Origin: a virus
Lineage: Duplodnaviria > Caudoviricetes
IMG/VR virus record: IMGVR_UViG_2595698952_000001
Location: 1-64,000 of that record
Length of the DNA: 64,000 bases
Direction: 5' to 3' (one strand)
Shown here one piece after another: positions 10,460 through 20,496 of this stretch (positions are counted from its first letter, which is position 1; each line of letters begins with the position of its first letter). Below the pieces are notes generated by a model. It saw only the letters and a program-made list of their open reading frames with translations, did not search any database and had not been told where the DNA came from. A program made the translations under genes and the position numbers.

Positions 10460-11112
10460 TGCTAATCCCTGAGCCGAGATTCCCCGACAGAATGATCAGG
10501 ATAGGTGCAGTTGACCCCGGTACCTCCCATCTTGGGATGGCGGTACTTGACTGGGAATACGGTGCTGACATCGCTGAAGTTGTTTGGGCAGACACGGCTC
10601 ACGTTACGAACTCAGCCAACTACTCTTCGTTCGCGGAAGTGGTTGGCAATCGTGACGAACGGTTAGTGGAGTTAGAGGAACGCTATCGTGAGTTCTTGCG
10701 AATTGCGCGCCCTACCTTCCACTGTACCGAAACGCCATTCATGCGTCGGTCAATGTTATCGGCGTACGAATCTGGGGTGGAATTGCAGTTAATGCTGCGT
10801 CGGACACTCTGGGAAGTCTACCCAGAAAAAATCCTCCATGGGTTCAACCCCATTATTGTGAAATCATACGTCGGTGTTGAAGCCAAGGGAACGGACAAGT
10901 CGCACATGCAAGCGGCTGTCTGTAAACTGTACGCAGACCACACCCTCGTTGATTTGTCGACGCTGGATGAACACAGCATCGATGCCGTGGCGGTGGGTAA
11001 CATCTTCGTCAGGGTCAACTTACTAAACTTAAATAGCCTGCTCCCACCGCGTGTCAAAGCGCCGAAAGGTGCAACAGGCAAACGGCGGCGAAGTCGGCGT
11101 CGGAGGAAATAG
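10459..11112 (+). CDS. ruvC: RuvC-like Holliday junction resolvase
   Basis: RNase H-fold acidic motifs IGAVDPGT, ETPF, IVKSYVG...K..M and DEHSIDAVAVG; basic C-terminal tail. Confidence 0.85.
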   Translation: MLIPEPRFPDRMIRIGAVDPGTSHLGMAVLDWEYGADIAEVVWADTAHVTNSANYSSFAEVVGNRDERLVELEERYREFLRIARPTFHCTETPFMRRSMLSAYESGVELQLMLRRTLWEVYPEKILHGFNPIIVKSYVGVEAKGTDKSHMQAAVCKLYADHTLVDLSTLDEHSIDAVAVGNIFVRVNLLNLNSLLPPRVKAPKGATGKRRRSRRRRK

Positions 11113-11114
11113 CG

Positions 11115-11693
11115 ATGTCGCAGTCTTTGCAGGAAGCCTCCACCGCAGTGTTGGACGTTCTCATTCAAGCGGGCACCAATAAGCTCAGTAAAGATGAAGC
11201 GGACAAACTGACGGCGGCTGCTACAACGGCACTCGGTGCCGGTGCCATTATCGATGTGACCAAACCCGCGAACATCATTCTCGCTACCTTACGTCCGGTG
11301 TTGCTCGACAGCATTGGTAAGATGGCCGAGGGTTTTGAAAACCGTGCGGTGGTCTCCGTTGAGGGGCTGGGTGATGAGATGGGTAAGGAAACGATGCTCA
11401 CCTTGTGGCCTAAGCTTGGCGGTGCCCAACGGATGTTAATCATCATGTTAGCACTGACCACTGTAGTTGTTTCTGGTTTCCTGGCGTACGACACCCACTT
11501 GCATTACCCGGATGACATTACCGACGTATTGCTCGTGAGTCTGCTCCCCCTTTTCGCTTTGTTTGTGTTCGCAACCTGGCCAATCAAGACCCTGGCGTAC
11601 AAATCGCTGGAAGTCGCGACCCGTGTTGTAGAAGCAAAACTTCAAAAAGGTTCGCAACAGTCGAAGCCTACCACGACTACACCTACTAAGTAA
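11115..11693 (+). CDS. Membrane protein with two predicted TM helices
   Basis: Hydrophobic segments MLIIMLALTTVVVSGFLAY and VLLVSLLPLFALFVFATWP. Confidence 0.7.
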   Translation: MSQSLQEASTAVLDVLIQAGTNKLSKDEADKLTAAATTALGAGAIIDVTKPANIILATLRPVLLDSIGKMAEGFENRAVVSVEGLGDEMGKETMLTLWPKLGGAQRMLIIMLALTTVVVSGFLAYDTHLHYPDDITDVLLVSLLPLFALFVFATWPIKTLAYKSLEVATRVVEAKLQKGSQQSKPTTTTPTK

Positions 11694-11699
11694 TTAAGC

Positions 11700-11733
11700 A
11701 CTCCTACCTTCGGGTGGGAGTCTTTCTTTTTTT
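11700..11733 (+). terminator. Intrinsic terminator
   Basis: ACTCCTACC-TTCG-GGTGGGAGT followed by a T-run. Confidence 0.85.
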
Positions 11734-11784
11734 AATTACAATTTTAGCGGTTAATGTGATAAGTCTTACCGAAGGATAATAACC

Positions 11785-12441
11785 ATGAACTTAGAGTTTC
11801 GCCGACGTTCCCTGCTTCTCCCTGTTACGGCGCTCTTGGGCAGCATCAATAACCTCTCCCGTGTCCGCTTTACCCCCGAGGACAGGAAGAACCTGGTGTT
11901 AGCTGCTATCTACGAATATCTCGGCTATGCCCACGGTACCGTCCCGCTTGACCGCATTATCGATACGCCGTACCACGAAGGCCGATTTGGCCAGGCGGTA
12001 ATGGCGGTGTTGAATCGTCAGCACGTAAAAACCGCGGGGTTAGAAGTCGAACTGAATTCACTGCACACCAAAGTCTTCCAGCAGCTGCACGAGCTGTTAT
12101 TCAATTATGGTATGCTGACCAATGATGTCGTTGACAAACGCGACAACGGCGTACCGGGGTGTTTCGACCACGGTTACACGTTAAAGCTGGTCTCACCGAA
12201 AGGCAAGACCGGGCGCAGCAACGGCGCTTGGGTATTGGTGGAATGGGTTCGTCCCACCCTCGATATGGAGGAGATGTCAGTTAACACATTCTTCCTCCGC
12301 ATTGCCAAACATCTTGCTACACGAAAACAGCCACTCGATTACTGGTTAGTGGTGTTTCGAACCACCCGTCTGGAAGCCTTTCTCCAGATAGCGAACTTCG
12401 ACATTCTGCTGACGGTACTCCGGGCAGCTGGGAGAAAGTAA
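11785..12441 (+). CDS. Hypothetical protein
   Basis: 218 aa, AAGGA RBS. Confidence 0.75.
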   Translation: MNLEFRRRSLLLPVTALLGSINNLSRVRFTPEDRKNLVLAAIYEYLGYAHGTVPLDRIIDTPYHEGRFGQAVMAVLNRQHVKTAGLEVELNSLHTKVFQQLHELLFNYGMLTNDVVDKRDNGVPGCFDHGYTLKLVSPKGKTGRSNGAWVLVEWVRPTLDMEEMSVNTFFLRIAKHLATRKQPLDYWLVVFRTTRLEAFLQIANFDILLTVLRAAGRK

Positions 12442-12442
12442 C

Positions 12443-12922
12443 ATGCACCAGATTGACGTTTCATTAGACAAAATATCCGAGAAGAACTTTCCCGGACTCA
12501 AAGCCTACCTCACCGACTTAAACTCTATCCGGGATGAACCGGTACGAGTCACGATGGCGGTTGAAGACGATATCGTTCATGGTGCAATGGTGTGGGAACC
12601 GGGCAACTTGATTTACGTGGTAGTCAGTGAACAGTCTCGCCGTCAAGGTGTGGCGTCGTTCCTGCTGAAGTACCTTATGCAGAACTCTGACCGTAAGCAC
12701 GTTGCCTGCCGAGTCCATCCGGCAAACATCGGCGGACTGGGATTCTTTTCTGCCCGAGGCTTCCAAATCGACCGTTGGTATATCGCGCAGGATAGCAAAC
12801 GCTATTTTCGTATGACGAACAGTTATAACGTTGCGTCGTACACGCCACCGGAAGAAGGCCACTTGGCTGAGTTTATCGACAACACTCCAATCTTTCTCTC
12901 GGTAGCGAATAGCGTCTACTAA
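12443..12922 (+). CDS. GNAT family acetyltransferase
   Basis: Acetyl-CoA motif VSEQSRRQGVASFLL and N...LGFFSARGF. Confidence 0.85.
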   Translation: MHQIDVSLDKISEKNFPGLKAYLTDLNSIRDEPVRVTMAVEDDIVHGAMVWEPGNLIYVVVSEQSRRQGVASFLLKYLMQNSDRKHVACRVHPANIGGLGFFSARGFQIDRWYIAQDSKRYFRMTNSYNVASYTPPEEGHLAEFIDNTPIFLSVANSVY

Positions 12923-12938
12923 CAGCGAGAGCAGCACC

Positions 12939-13415
12939 ATGTTACGTGTTGTGTATGAAACACGGAGTCTGGATGATATCCAGTCAAAAACAATACGCTG
13001 TGTAGAACGGGTGGCCGAACACGAACTGGATATTAAAACCGGTAAGCTGCGCGGTACACCTGTTAACATTCTTCAATACAGTGTTTGTAATACTTTTAAA
13101 GCAAAGACTACACCCGCAATACGGTCCAGTAAAAGAAAAAGCTTTGCCGACTTAAAACACCGGTTACAACGACACTTTCGTCGGAGTTCTTGGAAAGCCC
13201 TCGTTGAAATGGTTGTGGATGATTTCATCAAGGAACTGGAGTGGGAAGAAGTCCTCAAGGAAGCTGGCTATCCAACAAAGCCTTTTTCGTACCACTGGCA
13301 TCACTTCAAAAAACAGTACCATGAAGCCCTACGCTGGTCACCGAACACTCGGAACATGATGCAGCGCCTGGAAACCATGGACTGGCTACAGAGCTATTTA
13401 GAAGAGGATGCGTAA
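12939..13415 (+). CDS. Hypothetical protein
   Basis: 158 aa ORF within an operon. Confidence 0.7.
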   Translation: MLRVVYETRSLDDIQSKTIRCVERVAEHELDIKTGKLRGTPVNILQYSVCNTFKAKTTPAIRSSKRKSFADLKHRLQRHFRRSSWKALVEMVVDDFIKELEWEEVLKEAGYPTKPFSYHWHHFKKQYHEALRWSPNTRNMMQRLETMDWLQSYLEEDA

Positions 13416-13417
13416 AG

Positions 13418-13810
13418 ATGCGTATTGTATTAGTTGTGTTACTAGCCTTATTTTCGGCGTACGCACCAGCAAAAGCTTTTGTACCTGCGGATATTCAGCA
13501 GTTCAAACCGGCGATTCCTGGTGAGAAACCGATTGTCTTTAAAGCCGACGATGACCCGCAAATCGTTACTCGTAATGAGGAGTGGGTGGTTGTGAATTAC
13601 GGTAAATCGGATTTGTGTCCAGCCGGTGGATTCTACTTGGTTAATCTCAAGCGATCTACCTACCAGTTTGTTGATGCGGGAACGTGCTCTGCCCGAACCC
13701 GTGTAGCGATTGAAGTCGCTCCGCACAAAAACAAAAATATCAATATTCAGTTATTGACGTTTTACGTGGGAAATGACATTGCCACGCGATATCCGTTATA
13801 CGGTTACTAA
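13418..13810 (+). CDS. Secreted/periplasmic protein
   Basis: Sec signal MRIVLVVLLALFSAYAPAKA and two Cys. Confidence 0.7.
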   Translation: MRIVLVVLLALFSAYAPAKAFVPADIQQFKPAIPGEKPIVFKADDDPQIVTRNEEWVVVNYGKSDLCPAGGFYLVNLKRSTYQFVDAGTCSARTRVAIEVAPHKNKNINIQLLTFYVGNDIATRYPLYGY

Positions 13811-13818
13811 CTCACCTA

Positions 13819-13853
13819 CAGGGGGGCAACCCCCTGGTTCCTTTATTTTATTT
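13819..13853 (+). terminator. Intrinsic terminator
   Basis: CAGGGGG-GCAA-CCCCCTG followed by a T-rich tail. Confidence 0.75.
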
Positions 13854-13900
13854 GTCCCCGGTTACTATGACATTAAGCCAGCACGAGCGGGAGAACAGGA

Positions 13901-14518
13901 ATGTCGTTTGTAATAGACTTCTCACATCACCATAGCCAAACCCTCCTCGATCTAGTGAACTTTGTCAACCAGGGAACGGTCTATGTGCCACTTTCAACAG
14001 AAAACATCGCTCTGGAGAACTTGGCTCCGCCGACACGAGAAGGCCGTTGGTCAGTAAAGCTGTCCGACAAAAAGAAACCAAGCGACTATGTGGTCGTGCA
14101 GTACACCAAAATAAACCTGGACGAGTTTATTACCATTCCGGAGAAACACCTGGGGTGGTTCGATTTATCAAAGGGTAAGCCGAAGGATTTATCGGTTTGG
14201 TCGCAGCCTGCGCTCGAAGCCTTTGAAACCACTTGTGAAGATTACGGCATGGTTATTGCCAAGTCATGGGAAAACCCTTCACAGTGTCATGTTGAGTACG
14301 ATTCTGTGCTCGACCGGTACGTTCTAATCTACGAATGTGAATCGTTTGTCTACGGTCCCCGTAGTCGCTTTGTGTTGCCGTATAACTTAGGCCAAGACCT
14401 GACCACGCCAACATTAGACGGGTTGAATTATGACCTGGCAGGATTCTGGGGACGGAAACTCCAGGAACTTGTAACGATTCGACGCATGGATGGATTTAAA
14501 TACCGTGTGTTTCCATAA
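13901..14518 (+). CDS. Virion protein of the expanded paralog family
   Basis: N-terminus like the 9051 protein (IDFS...LLDLVNFVN). Two copies of the L-x8-[LM]DG[LF]xY motif at the C-terminus. Confidence 0.6.
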   Translation: MSFVIDFSHHHSQTLLDLVNFVNQGTVYVPLSTENIALENLAPPTREGRWSVKLSDKKKPSDYVVVQYTKINLDEFITIPEKHLGWFDLSKGKPKDLSVWSQPALEAFETTCEDYGMVIAKSWENPSQCHVEYDSVLDRYVLIYECESFVYGPRSRFVLPYNLGQDLTTPTLDGLNYDLAGFWGRKLQELVTIRRMDGFKYRVFP

Positions 14519-14521
14519 CCC

Positions 14522-14555
14522 ACCCTGCCTTCGGGCAGGGTTTCCCTTATTTTTT
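14522..14555 (+). terminator. Intrinsic terminator
   Basis: ACCCTGCC-TTCG-GGCAGGGT followed by a T-rich tail. Confidence 0.8.
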
Positions 14556-14587
14556 CCAAATGGAACAATGGGTATGGAGGAACGTCT

Positions 14588-15184
14588 ATGAAAGAATACA
14601 AGATTGCGGTGGTTGGGTCGCGTGAGACGCCACCGGAAGTAATGCACGAGATGTACATGGTGTTGCTGCGCGGGTTCAACATGCTCATTCGCCGCAATTA
14701 CAAGATTCTTTTTCGCAGCGGCGGGTGCTACAAAGGTCCCGACCAACTGGAGTTCCAATTTGCCCGCCAATGGGACAACACCATTGACCAGGACACAGGG
14801 CGAAAGGCAGAACGTCCTGATCAGTTTATTTGCTATCTGCCGGATGACAAAAAGCTGTGGTTGAAGAATGTCCACAAAAACGTGGAGTTCCGTGTAATCG
14901 AGCAAACCGAAGCCTACCGAGAAATCGTCAGTCGCCACCACCCTGCCCCGGATAAACTCCAGCCGTTCGCCTGGGGGTTGCATGGCCGTAACCTCAACAT
15001 TGTTATGGGCGATAATTTAGACGACCCAGTTGATGCCGTCTATTATTCTGCCGAACACGACAAACACGGCAATCCGAAAGGCGGGACAGCCATGGCCGTG
15101 AAATATGCGAAGGAGTGCGGGGTACCCTGTTTCTTCCACGCAACTGATGCTCGGGCCTGGCTGGAAAGCCTGCGTTTATTATGA
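14588..15184 (+). CDS. SLOG superfamily (DprA/Smf-like) protein
   Basis: Motifs IAVVGSRETP, RSGGC.GPD, HGRN..IV and GGTAMAVKYAKECGVP. Confidence 0.75.
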   Translation: MKEYKIAVVGSRETPPEVMHEMYMVLLRGFNMLIRRNYKILFRSGGCYKGPDQLEFQFARQWDNTIDQDTGRKAERPDQFICYLPDDKKLWLKNVHKNVEFRVIEQTEAYREIVSRHHPAPDKLQPFAWGLHGRNLNIVMGDNLDDPVDAVYYSAEHDKHGNPKGGTAMAVKYAKECGVPCFFHATDARAWLESLRLL

Positions 15185-15215
15185 CCCGAGCGCTTTGACA
15201 ACGAGGCCCTCTGTT

Positions 15216-15482
15216 ATGCAAACCACTGGATTAGCCCAACGTTTGTGGGAAGCGTTCTTTCCCCCTACCCAGCCGAAAAGAAAAGTGTCTCTTCGTCGCT
15301 GGCAAGGCACGGAAGAAGAATTCTTCGATTATCTCAACCGTAAAGGGTTCGACGCGAAAGTTGCTCCTGAAGACAACAATCCGTACGTGACCATTTACAC
15401 ATCCAAAGAAACCGGCGAGGCCATTGGGACACATGTCCGTTGGCCAGGGCGTAACCACTACTACACCATGACGGTTTCATGA
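15216..15482 (+). CDS. Small hypothetical protein
   Basis: ATG 15216 after GAGG, 88 aa. Confidence 0.6.
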   Translation: MQTTGLAQRLWEAFFPPTQPKRKVSLRRWQGTEEEFFDYLNRKGFDAKVAPEDNNPYVTIYTSKETGEAIGTHVRWPGRNHYYTMTVS

Positions 15483-15492
15483 GGGACAACTC

Positions 15493-16482
15493 ATGTCGCT
15501 TGATTTAGATTACATTACGCTGGAGGAGGACCTGGACAAGGTCCTTGCACTGGAGTCGCGTGGCGTGGGCCTAAACAACCCCGCCATTCAGTCGATTCGC
15601 AAACGTTGGTGTGTGGATACCCATGTGGCTCGCGAGTCGCGTGAACGTACCCAGACCACCTCCTCAACGCTGTATCAGATGTACCATGAAGTCGTTGGGC
15701 TTTTCAGCAACCGTTATCACGACGCTGTGCGGGTGATGACCAAGAACGCTGAGAAGATTGACGAGCATGTCGCCAAGATGGAAGGCTGGATGAAGCGTAC
15801 GTCGCATTTCACCGCCAAAGAAGTTCCATCCGCGGGGTGGTGCGCCCGTGTCTGTTACGAAGACGTACCGGACATCAAAGAGTGCATCAAACTGGCTAAC
15901 TCCGCGAACGGGTTAGAAGCTGCTGTGAAGCAGTACACTATCGTCACCAGTCAGATGGTGCTCGACCCCGGTAAAATCAAACGCAAAGTAGAAGACGGTG
16001 AACTGAAGGTCATTGGTTATTCTACCGCCGCAGCGGTACACCGTGCTTCGGGTATCCTGGGTCGCTTTGGTGAGGATGATGTGCAGGCTCGTCCAATGGC
16101 CGGGAATGTCTACGTCGTCACTTATGGGTCAGGCGATAAAGCCAAGCTGGACTTTGGGGTAGGGAATGGCGGTAACTACCGCGATACCATTGCTGCCTTA
16201 ACGGAAAGCGAATGTCGTCAGGCACTGGCCGCGGCTAAGAAGATTGCCAAGGCACTGCGTGACCGTGGGGCGAAAAACGGTATCTTTGGGTACAGCGGGA
16301 TTTACGAGGAAGTTGAGAAGATGAAAGCTCAGCTGAAAGACATGCACGGTGATGAACTGCGCGTGGCGACTCGCCGCTACAAGAACGCCTTGAAACTCGA
16401 AGATGCGTTCACTACCGCACTTGACCGTGTGGCCGATGGCCTCATCAGTTGGGTCGGTGCAACGTTGAAAGCCAACCAATAA
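15493..16482 (+). CDS. Probable head (ejection) protein with protease-cleaved propeptide
   Basis: N-terminal ALE-S and ARE-S motifs; paralog of the next gene. Confidence 0.65.
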   Translation: MSLDLDYITLEEDLDKVLALESRGVGLNNPAIQSIRKRWCVDTHVARESRERTQTTSSTLYQMYHEVVGLFSNRYHDAVRVMTKNAEKIDEHVAKMEGWMKRTSHFTAKEVPSAGWCARVCYEDVPDIKECIKLANSANGLEAAVKQYTIVTSQMVLDPGKIKRKVEDGELKVIGYSTAAAVHRASGILGRFGEDDVQARPMAGNVYVVTYGSGDKAKLDFGVGNGGNYRDTIAALTESECRQALAAAKKIAKALRDRGAKNGIFGYSGIYEEVEKMKAQLKDMHGDELRVATRRYKNALKLEDAFTTALDRVADGLISWVGATLKANQ

Positions 16483-16494
16483 CAGGAGCCGGAA

Positions 16495-17646
16495 ATGTCG
16501 ACGCTCGAATTGGATTTTGCAGTGCTCACCGATGACTGGGAGCGCTTGGTGGCGTTAGAGTCAATCGGTGTCGGGCTCGACAACCCGGCGGTACAAGCGA
16601 TTTGTCGTCGTTGGTGTATCACTGACGAAGAGTTACTCGTTGCCCGTGAATCGCGCGAGATGATGGAACGTGCCCAGGTGGTATCGGATTCCGCCGCCAA
16701 TCCCCGTCTGATTGAGAAGGTGATTATTGGTGGTGCACACCAGGCTGGACGGTTAGCCGAGAAGGGCATCCGTAAAGGTGCGAAAGCCGGTGCCCGTGGC
16801 GTGGCAAAAGTGTCAAAGAACCTGTTGTCGCGTTTTAATGCTTTCGCAGAAGATTTAGCGAAAGAACAAATCGAGTATATGAAGCACGCCGTTTCCAAAG
16901 CCACAAAGCTTGAGAAAGGAATGCAGCATCTGGCACTTGATTTAAAAGAACACAAATCCCTCGACATCCACCCGATTGAAACCGGTCGCTGGACATCGAA
17001 GGTGTGTATCGAAGATAAGGTTGATGTACACGGGTGTATCAGCTTTATCAGCCGCGGCAGCTCGTTAGAAGGGGCGGTACAAGAGTACGTGGTGAAAACC
17101 CGCGGCATTCTTGAATCGAAGAAAGTCACTGAGACCGGCAGCCTCGATAAGTTCGGGCGTTCCACGAACTGGGCGATTAAACGCTCTGCTGGGATTATGG
17201 GAATTGTCAACCCCTTCAAGAAAGTCTCTGCTCGGCCGCTGGCGGGTAACGTCGTGTTGGTTGAACACCACAACGGCGCGATTCAATACGCCGTGGCCAA
17301 TGACGGCGATTACGCTGACCATATCCCGTCCTTGTCTCATGCGGACTGTGAAGCGGCACTGAAAGCGGTACATCAAATTGTGGGTCTGCTGCGTGAGCGC
17401 GGTGTGAAACGCAAAACGGTGGGCTACACCGGCATCAGTGAAGAAGTCAATCACATGCGGCGTGAACTGAAAGGTGCCGAAGGCAAAGACATGATTGCGC
17501 TAACCAAGGCGTACAAGTCGGCAATGGCGCTGGAAGACTCCTTTACCACGGCATTAGTGCGGGTAGGCGAAGGGCTTTTGGAATACGTAAAACGTTCGCT
17601 AAAAGGGCAAGGCAGCAATGAAAGTCATTCTGATAACAAAGCCTGA
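16495..17646 (+). CDS. Probable head (ejection) protein, paralog of 15493..16482
   Basis: Shares ALES.GVGL.NPA, VARESRE, ARP.AGNV and LED.FTTAL.RV with the previous gene. Confidence 0.65.
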   Translation: MSTLELDFAVLTDDWERLVALESIGVGLDNPAVQAICRRWCITDEELLVARESREMMERAQVVSDSAANPRLIEKVIIGGAHQAGRLAEKGIRKGAKAGARGVAKVSKNLLSRFNAFAEDLAKEQIEYMKHAVSKATKLEKGMQHLALDLKEHKSLDIHPIETGRWTSKVCIEDKVDVHGCISFISRGSSLEGAVQEYVVKTRGILESKKVTETGSLDKFGRSTNWAIKRSAGIMGIVNPFKKVSARPLAGNVVLVEHHNGAIQYAVANDGDYADHIPSLSHADCEAALKAVHQIVGLLRERGVKRKTVGYTGISEEVNHMRRELKGAEGKDMIALTKAYKSAMALEDSFTTALVRVGEGLLEYVKRSLKGQGSNESHSDNKA

Positions 17647-18082
17647 TAGCAAATACGGGAAGCTTTATAGCGAAGGACTACTGGGACTACACAATGAACT
17701 CTACGACGACCAGCACGAAAAGCTCGACCAACTCAACGGCCGTCAGGGCTTTTCTCGCATTAGCGAACTCGACGAGGTTTGGGGTGTGGGGACTCTATGC
17801 GCGTGCGCTGTTGATGACCGCGATAGTCCTGTGGGCTTCATTACGTTTTCATACACCAAGCAGGGCAATCGTTTTCTCTGGGTGCACAACTTCTTTGTAC
17901 AAGAAGCCTACCGCTCCGAAGGCGTTGGCCAAACCCTGATAGATACCGTAAAGGATTACGGTAAGTCGAAAGGCTGCAAATGGATGCAACTCACTGTGCT
18001 GGACAATAACTCCCGCGCAATTGCGTTCTACGAACGTTACGGTTTCCGTACTGAATACCAGGATATGGTAAAGGAGTTGTAA
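17618..18082 (+). CDS. GNAT family acetyltransferase
   Basis: FFVQEAYRSEGVGQTLI and LTVLDNNSRAIAFYERYGF. Confidence 0.9.
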   Translation: MKVILITKPDSKYGKLYSEGLLGLHNELYDDQHEKLDQLNGRQGFSRISELDEVWGVGTLCACAVDDRDSPVGFITFSYTKQGNRFLWVHNFFVQEAYRSEGVGQTLIDTVKDYGKSKGCKWMQLTVLDNNSRAIAFYERYGFRTEYQDMVKEL

Positions 18083-18691
18083 ATGACTTCCATCCGCAGC
18101 GTGCCGCATCAACCTGGCTCGCGCTTTACATTTGCTGTAAAACGTTTCTGGGGCGGTCAACGTCCTGGCTGGAAAGTGGTACGTGTGGCGGGTGTGTTTT
18201 GGTCACTGCCTCCAGGCACACTCGATTACTTGTCGGTGGATGAGATAATGCAGTTTGCGGCGTTAGCCGATAGCAAACAGCGTTACTCGTTCAACAGTGT
18301 GGTCGAGTGTTCCTCACAGGGTAAAACCCGTGACGCGTGTAAACCCGGCATTTACTGGACAGGACAGAAAGCCTTCCAGGTCGGTATGTGTCAAGACCGT
18401 TGCATCAGCACACCGTTCCAGTGGGTTGATGGCGACGTAACGTTCACCGGCATCTTCGTGAGTTTCCCGGATGCGCCTGAACGCGACTATTATCTGGCTA
18501 CGCCGAAAGATGTGAGCATGGCCACCTTTTATAAATATCTCCTGTTCTACAAGCAACACATTGGCATCCACCCAGTGCAGGAGGATTGGTATTATCGCAA
18601 CCCTCTGCCGTATGGCCGGGACAGGAGATTAAATAGATGTTCTATGACGAACTTCGAAAGTACACCCACGCAATTAGCGCTGGAAATATAA
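18083..18691 (+). CDS. Hypothetical protein
   Basis: 202 aa, AAGGAG RBS. Confidence 0.7.
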   Translation: MTSIRSVPHQPGSRFTFAVKRFWGGQRPGWKVVRVAGVFWSLPPGTLDYLSVDEIMQFAALADSKQRYSFNSVVECSSQGKTRDACKPGIYWTGQKAFQVGMCQDRCISTPFQWVDGDVTFTGIFVSFPDAPERDYYLATPKDVSMATFYKYLLFYKQHIGIHPVQEDWYYRNPLPYGRDRRLNRCSMTNFESTPTQLALEI

Positions 18692-19008
18692 GCAAAGATA
18701 ACAATTTACAAGACGTGGTGGATGTGGTTGGGCGTTCCGACGATGTATTGTATGTGGATGTCGATGAAGCCTTTGTCGCGGAAGGGGTGAAACGTGTGCA
18801 GTTAACTGTACGGGCCAAAGCAGGTAGCTGTTCTCTCTCCTTTCGCGTCAGTGCCGAATTCTTTATTCCTTTGCGTTGTTACTTTAGTCACGATGGCGAT
18901 GTGTATCCTGCCCGCTGGAATGACAATTATCAAAAATTTGGCTACCCACTCGAAGAACACCGGCGTACGGTGTATGACTTTATGAAGTCTGTCATCGAGG
19001 GGTTCTAA
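18637..19008 (+). CDS. Hypothetical protein
   Basis: 123 aa, AGGAG RBS, overlaps the previous gene by 55 nt. Confidence 0.65.
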   Translation: MFYDELRKYTHAISAGNISKDNNLQDVVDVVGRSDDVLYVDVDEAFVAEGVKRVQLTVRAKAGSCSLSFRVSAEFFIPLRCYFSHDGDVYPARWNDNYQKFGYPLEEHRRTVYDFMKSVIEGF

Positions 19009-19019
19009 TGGGGTAAACT

Positions 19020-19622
19020 GTGATGTCTGAGATGATTCTCGATTCGCTGTTTTTGGTGACGATTACCCACATCAACAAAAACGGCAAGCCGCCGCGGAAC
19101 GTGTTTATCGAACGTCATGGGTTTATACGCCGTTATCACCTGCAAGCGGTGTTAGTTATTGCGTGTAAAGTGGCGCAGATGAAACGACCGTCGGTGGCCT
19201 GTAGTACCAATCACATTCTGATGATTCTGCAACGGGCTATCTCCGTTATCCGTCGTAAACGTCGTCGTGCTTCTTTTCGTTTTTATCCGAACTCGACCAA
19301 CAAAGTGGTAGGTGGGGATATGAGTAAAGTGGTTGACTTGCGTGAAGCGTCGTGCAACGTACGGGGTTTAGCATTAAACCGTCTGCTGGGTGTCATTAAC
19401 GAAACCGGTCGTGAACCAACTCCGCCAGAAGGACAAGCGGCGTTGGAACTGCTGCGTAATGCAGAACTGGTTATCGTGGATACCGATTTGCAATCCGCCC
19501 GGATGCAAAACTACCTGGCTCGCCAAGTGCTGTTAACCTTGTGCGTGACCGGTGAGCAAGCGTCGGAGCTGACCTTGCCAGAAGTTCCTGTGTGGGGCGA
19601 CCCACAGGTGGATCATCAGTAA
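19020..19622 (+). CDS. Hypothetical protein
   Basis: 200 aa basic protein, followed by a terminator. Confidence 0.7.
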   Translation: MMSEMILDSLFLVTITHINKNGKPPRNVFIERHGFIRRYHLQAVLVIACKVAQMKRPSVACSTNHILMILQRAISVIRRKRRRASFRFYPNSTNKVVGGDMSKVVDLREASCNVRGLALNRLLGVINETGREPTPPEGQAALELLRNAELVIVDTDLQSARMQNYLARQVLLTLCVTGEQASELTLPEVPVWGDPQVDHQ

Positions 19623-19628
19623 GCAGTA

Positions 19629-19665
19629 CCCCTCACTTCGGTGAGGGGCTACTCTATTATTTTTT
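19629..19665 (+). terminator. Intrinsic terminator
   Basis: CCCCTCAC-TTCG-GTGAGGGG followed by a T-run. Confidence 0.8.
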
Positions 19666-19686
19666 GGATAGATTTCATCTAAGCGA
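19666..19686 (+). promoter_or_regulatory. Putative phage early promoter
   Basis: GGATAGATTTCATCTAAGCGA, a variant of the recurring motif. Confidence 0.5.
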
Positions 19687-19703
19687 ACCCAACCTAAAGG
19701 AGT

Positions 19704-20408
19704 ATGAACTTGGACACGCTTATGAAAAACTTCGGGGCACGTAACATCAGCGAAGTGATGAAACATCCCAGCTACAAATTCGTTAGCCAACACGGCGATA
19801 AAGGGGCAACGCTGGCGTTGTACTATTTCCGCATTATCGACACCCCAGAGAGAATGCAAGGCTTCTTCGTCGATGTGAAAAGCGGGGCGATTCTGTTTCC
19901 GATGGGCTATCAACCGCAGTACAAAGTTGACGACCCGTATGTCTACGAAGACATCCTTTGTGAAACCTCGCGTTACTACATCGAACATTGCCGGTTGGAT
20001 GAAGATATACTCGAGGCGCTAACGCAAGGCGACCGACACAAACTGGCGAAATTGGAACCTACGCTATATGCGTTATACGACCTGGCCAACCGCGTCTACA
20101 GCAAAGCATTCAGTGTACAGATGCGCGCCATGAAGTATAAAGAGGTGTTGCAGTTTGAACGCATCCCAATGGCGATTCTCGGTAAGCAACGACAGGTGTG
20201 GGTTGAACGCGAAATCCGTTTCTACTCCCGCCGTAAACAAATCATCTACCGAATTGAATTAGGTGGCACCAAGGCACACCCGCAAACCATTCAGCTGGTA
20301 CGCAAGTTCACGCTGGAGCGCATCCCAACCTTGACAGAGTTCGTGATGCTGCCTGAGAACCTTCCCTTTATGGAACTCTATTACGCGCGCGATAATAGCG
20401 AGAAGTGA
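19704..20408 (+). CDS. Hypothetical protein (probable paralog of the next gene)
   Basis: AAAGGAG RBS. Shares EA...D..KLA.L.P and PTL..F motifs with 20497..21249. Confidence 0.75.
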   Translation: MNLDTLMKNFGARNISEVMKHPSYKFVSQHGDKGATLALYYFRIIDTPERMQGFFVDVKSGAILFPMGYQPQYKVDDPYVYEDILCETSRYYIEHCRLDEDILEALTQGDRHKLAKLEPTLYALYDLANRVYSKAFSVQMRAMKYKEVLQFERIPMAILGKQRQVWVEREIRFYSRRKQIIYRIELGGTKAHPQTIQLVRKFTLERIPTLTEFVMLPENLPFMELYYARDNSEK

Positions 20409-20496
20409 TTTTTTACGTCAGTACCAGTGTATATGCAATACCCGTAGTGAGTCGGGCAAAACTCACCAAACCTTAACTTATATAGAGAGACACATC

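Noticed and set aside
11115-11693. Holin call for the two-TM protein after ruvC
   Set aside because: It has a long soluble N-domain and no linkage to the endolysin; nothing beyond hydrophobicity supports it.
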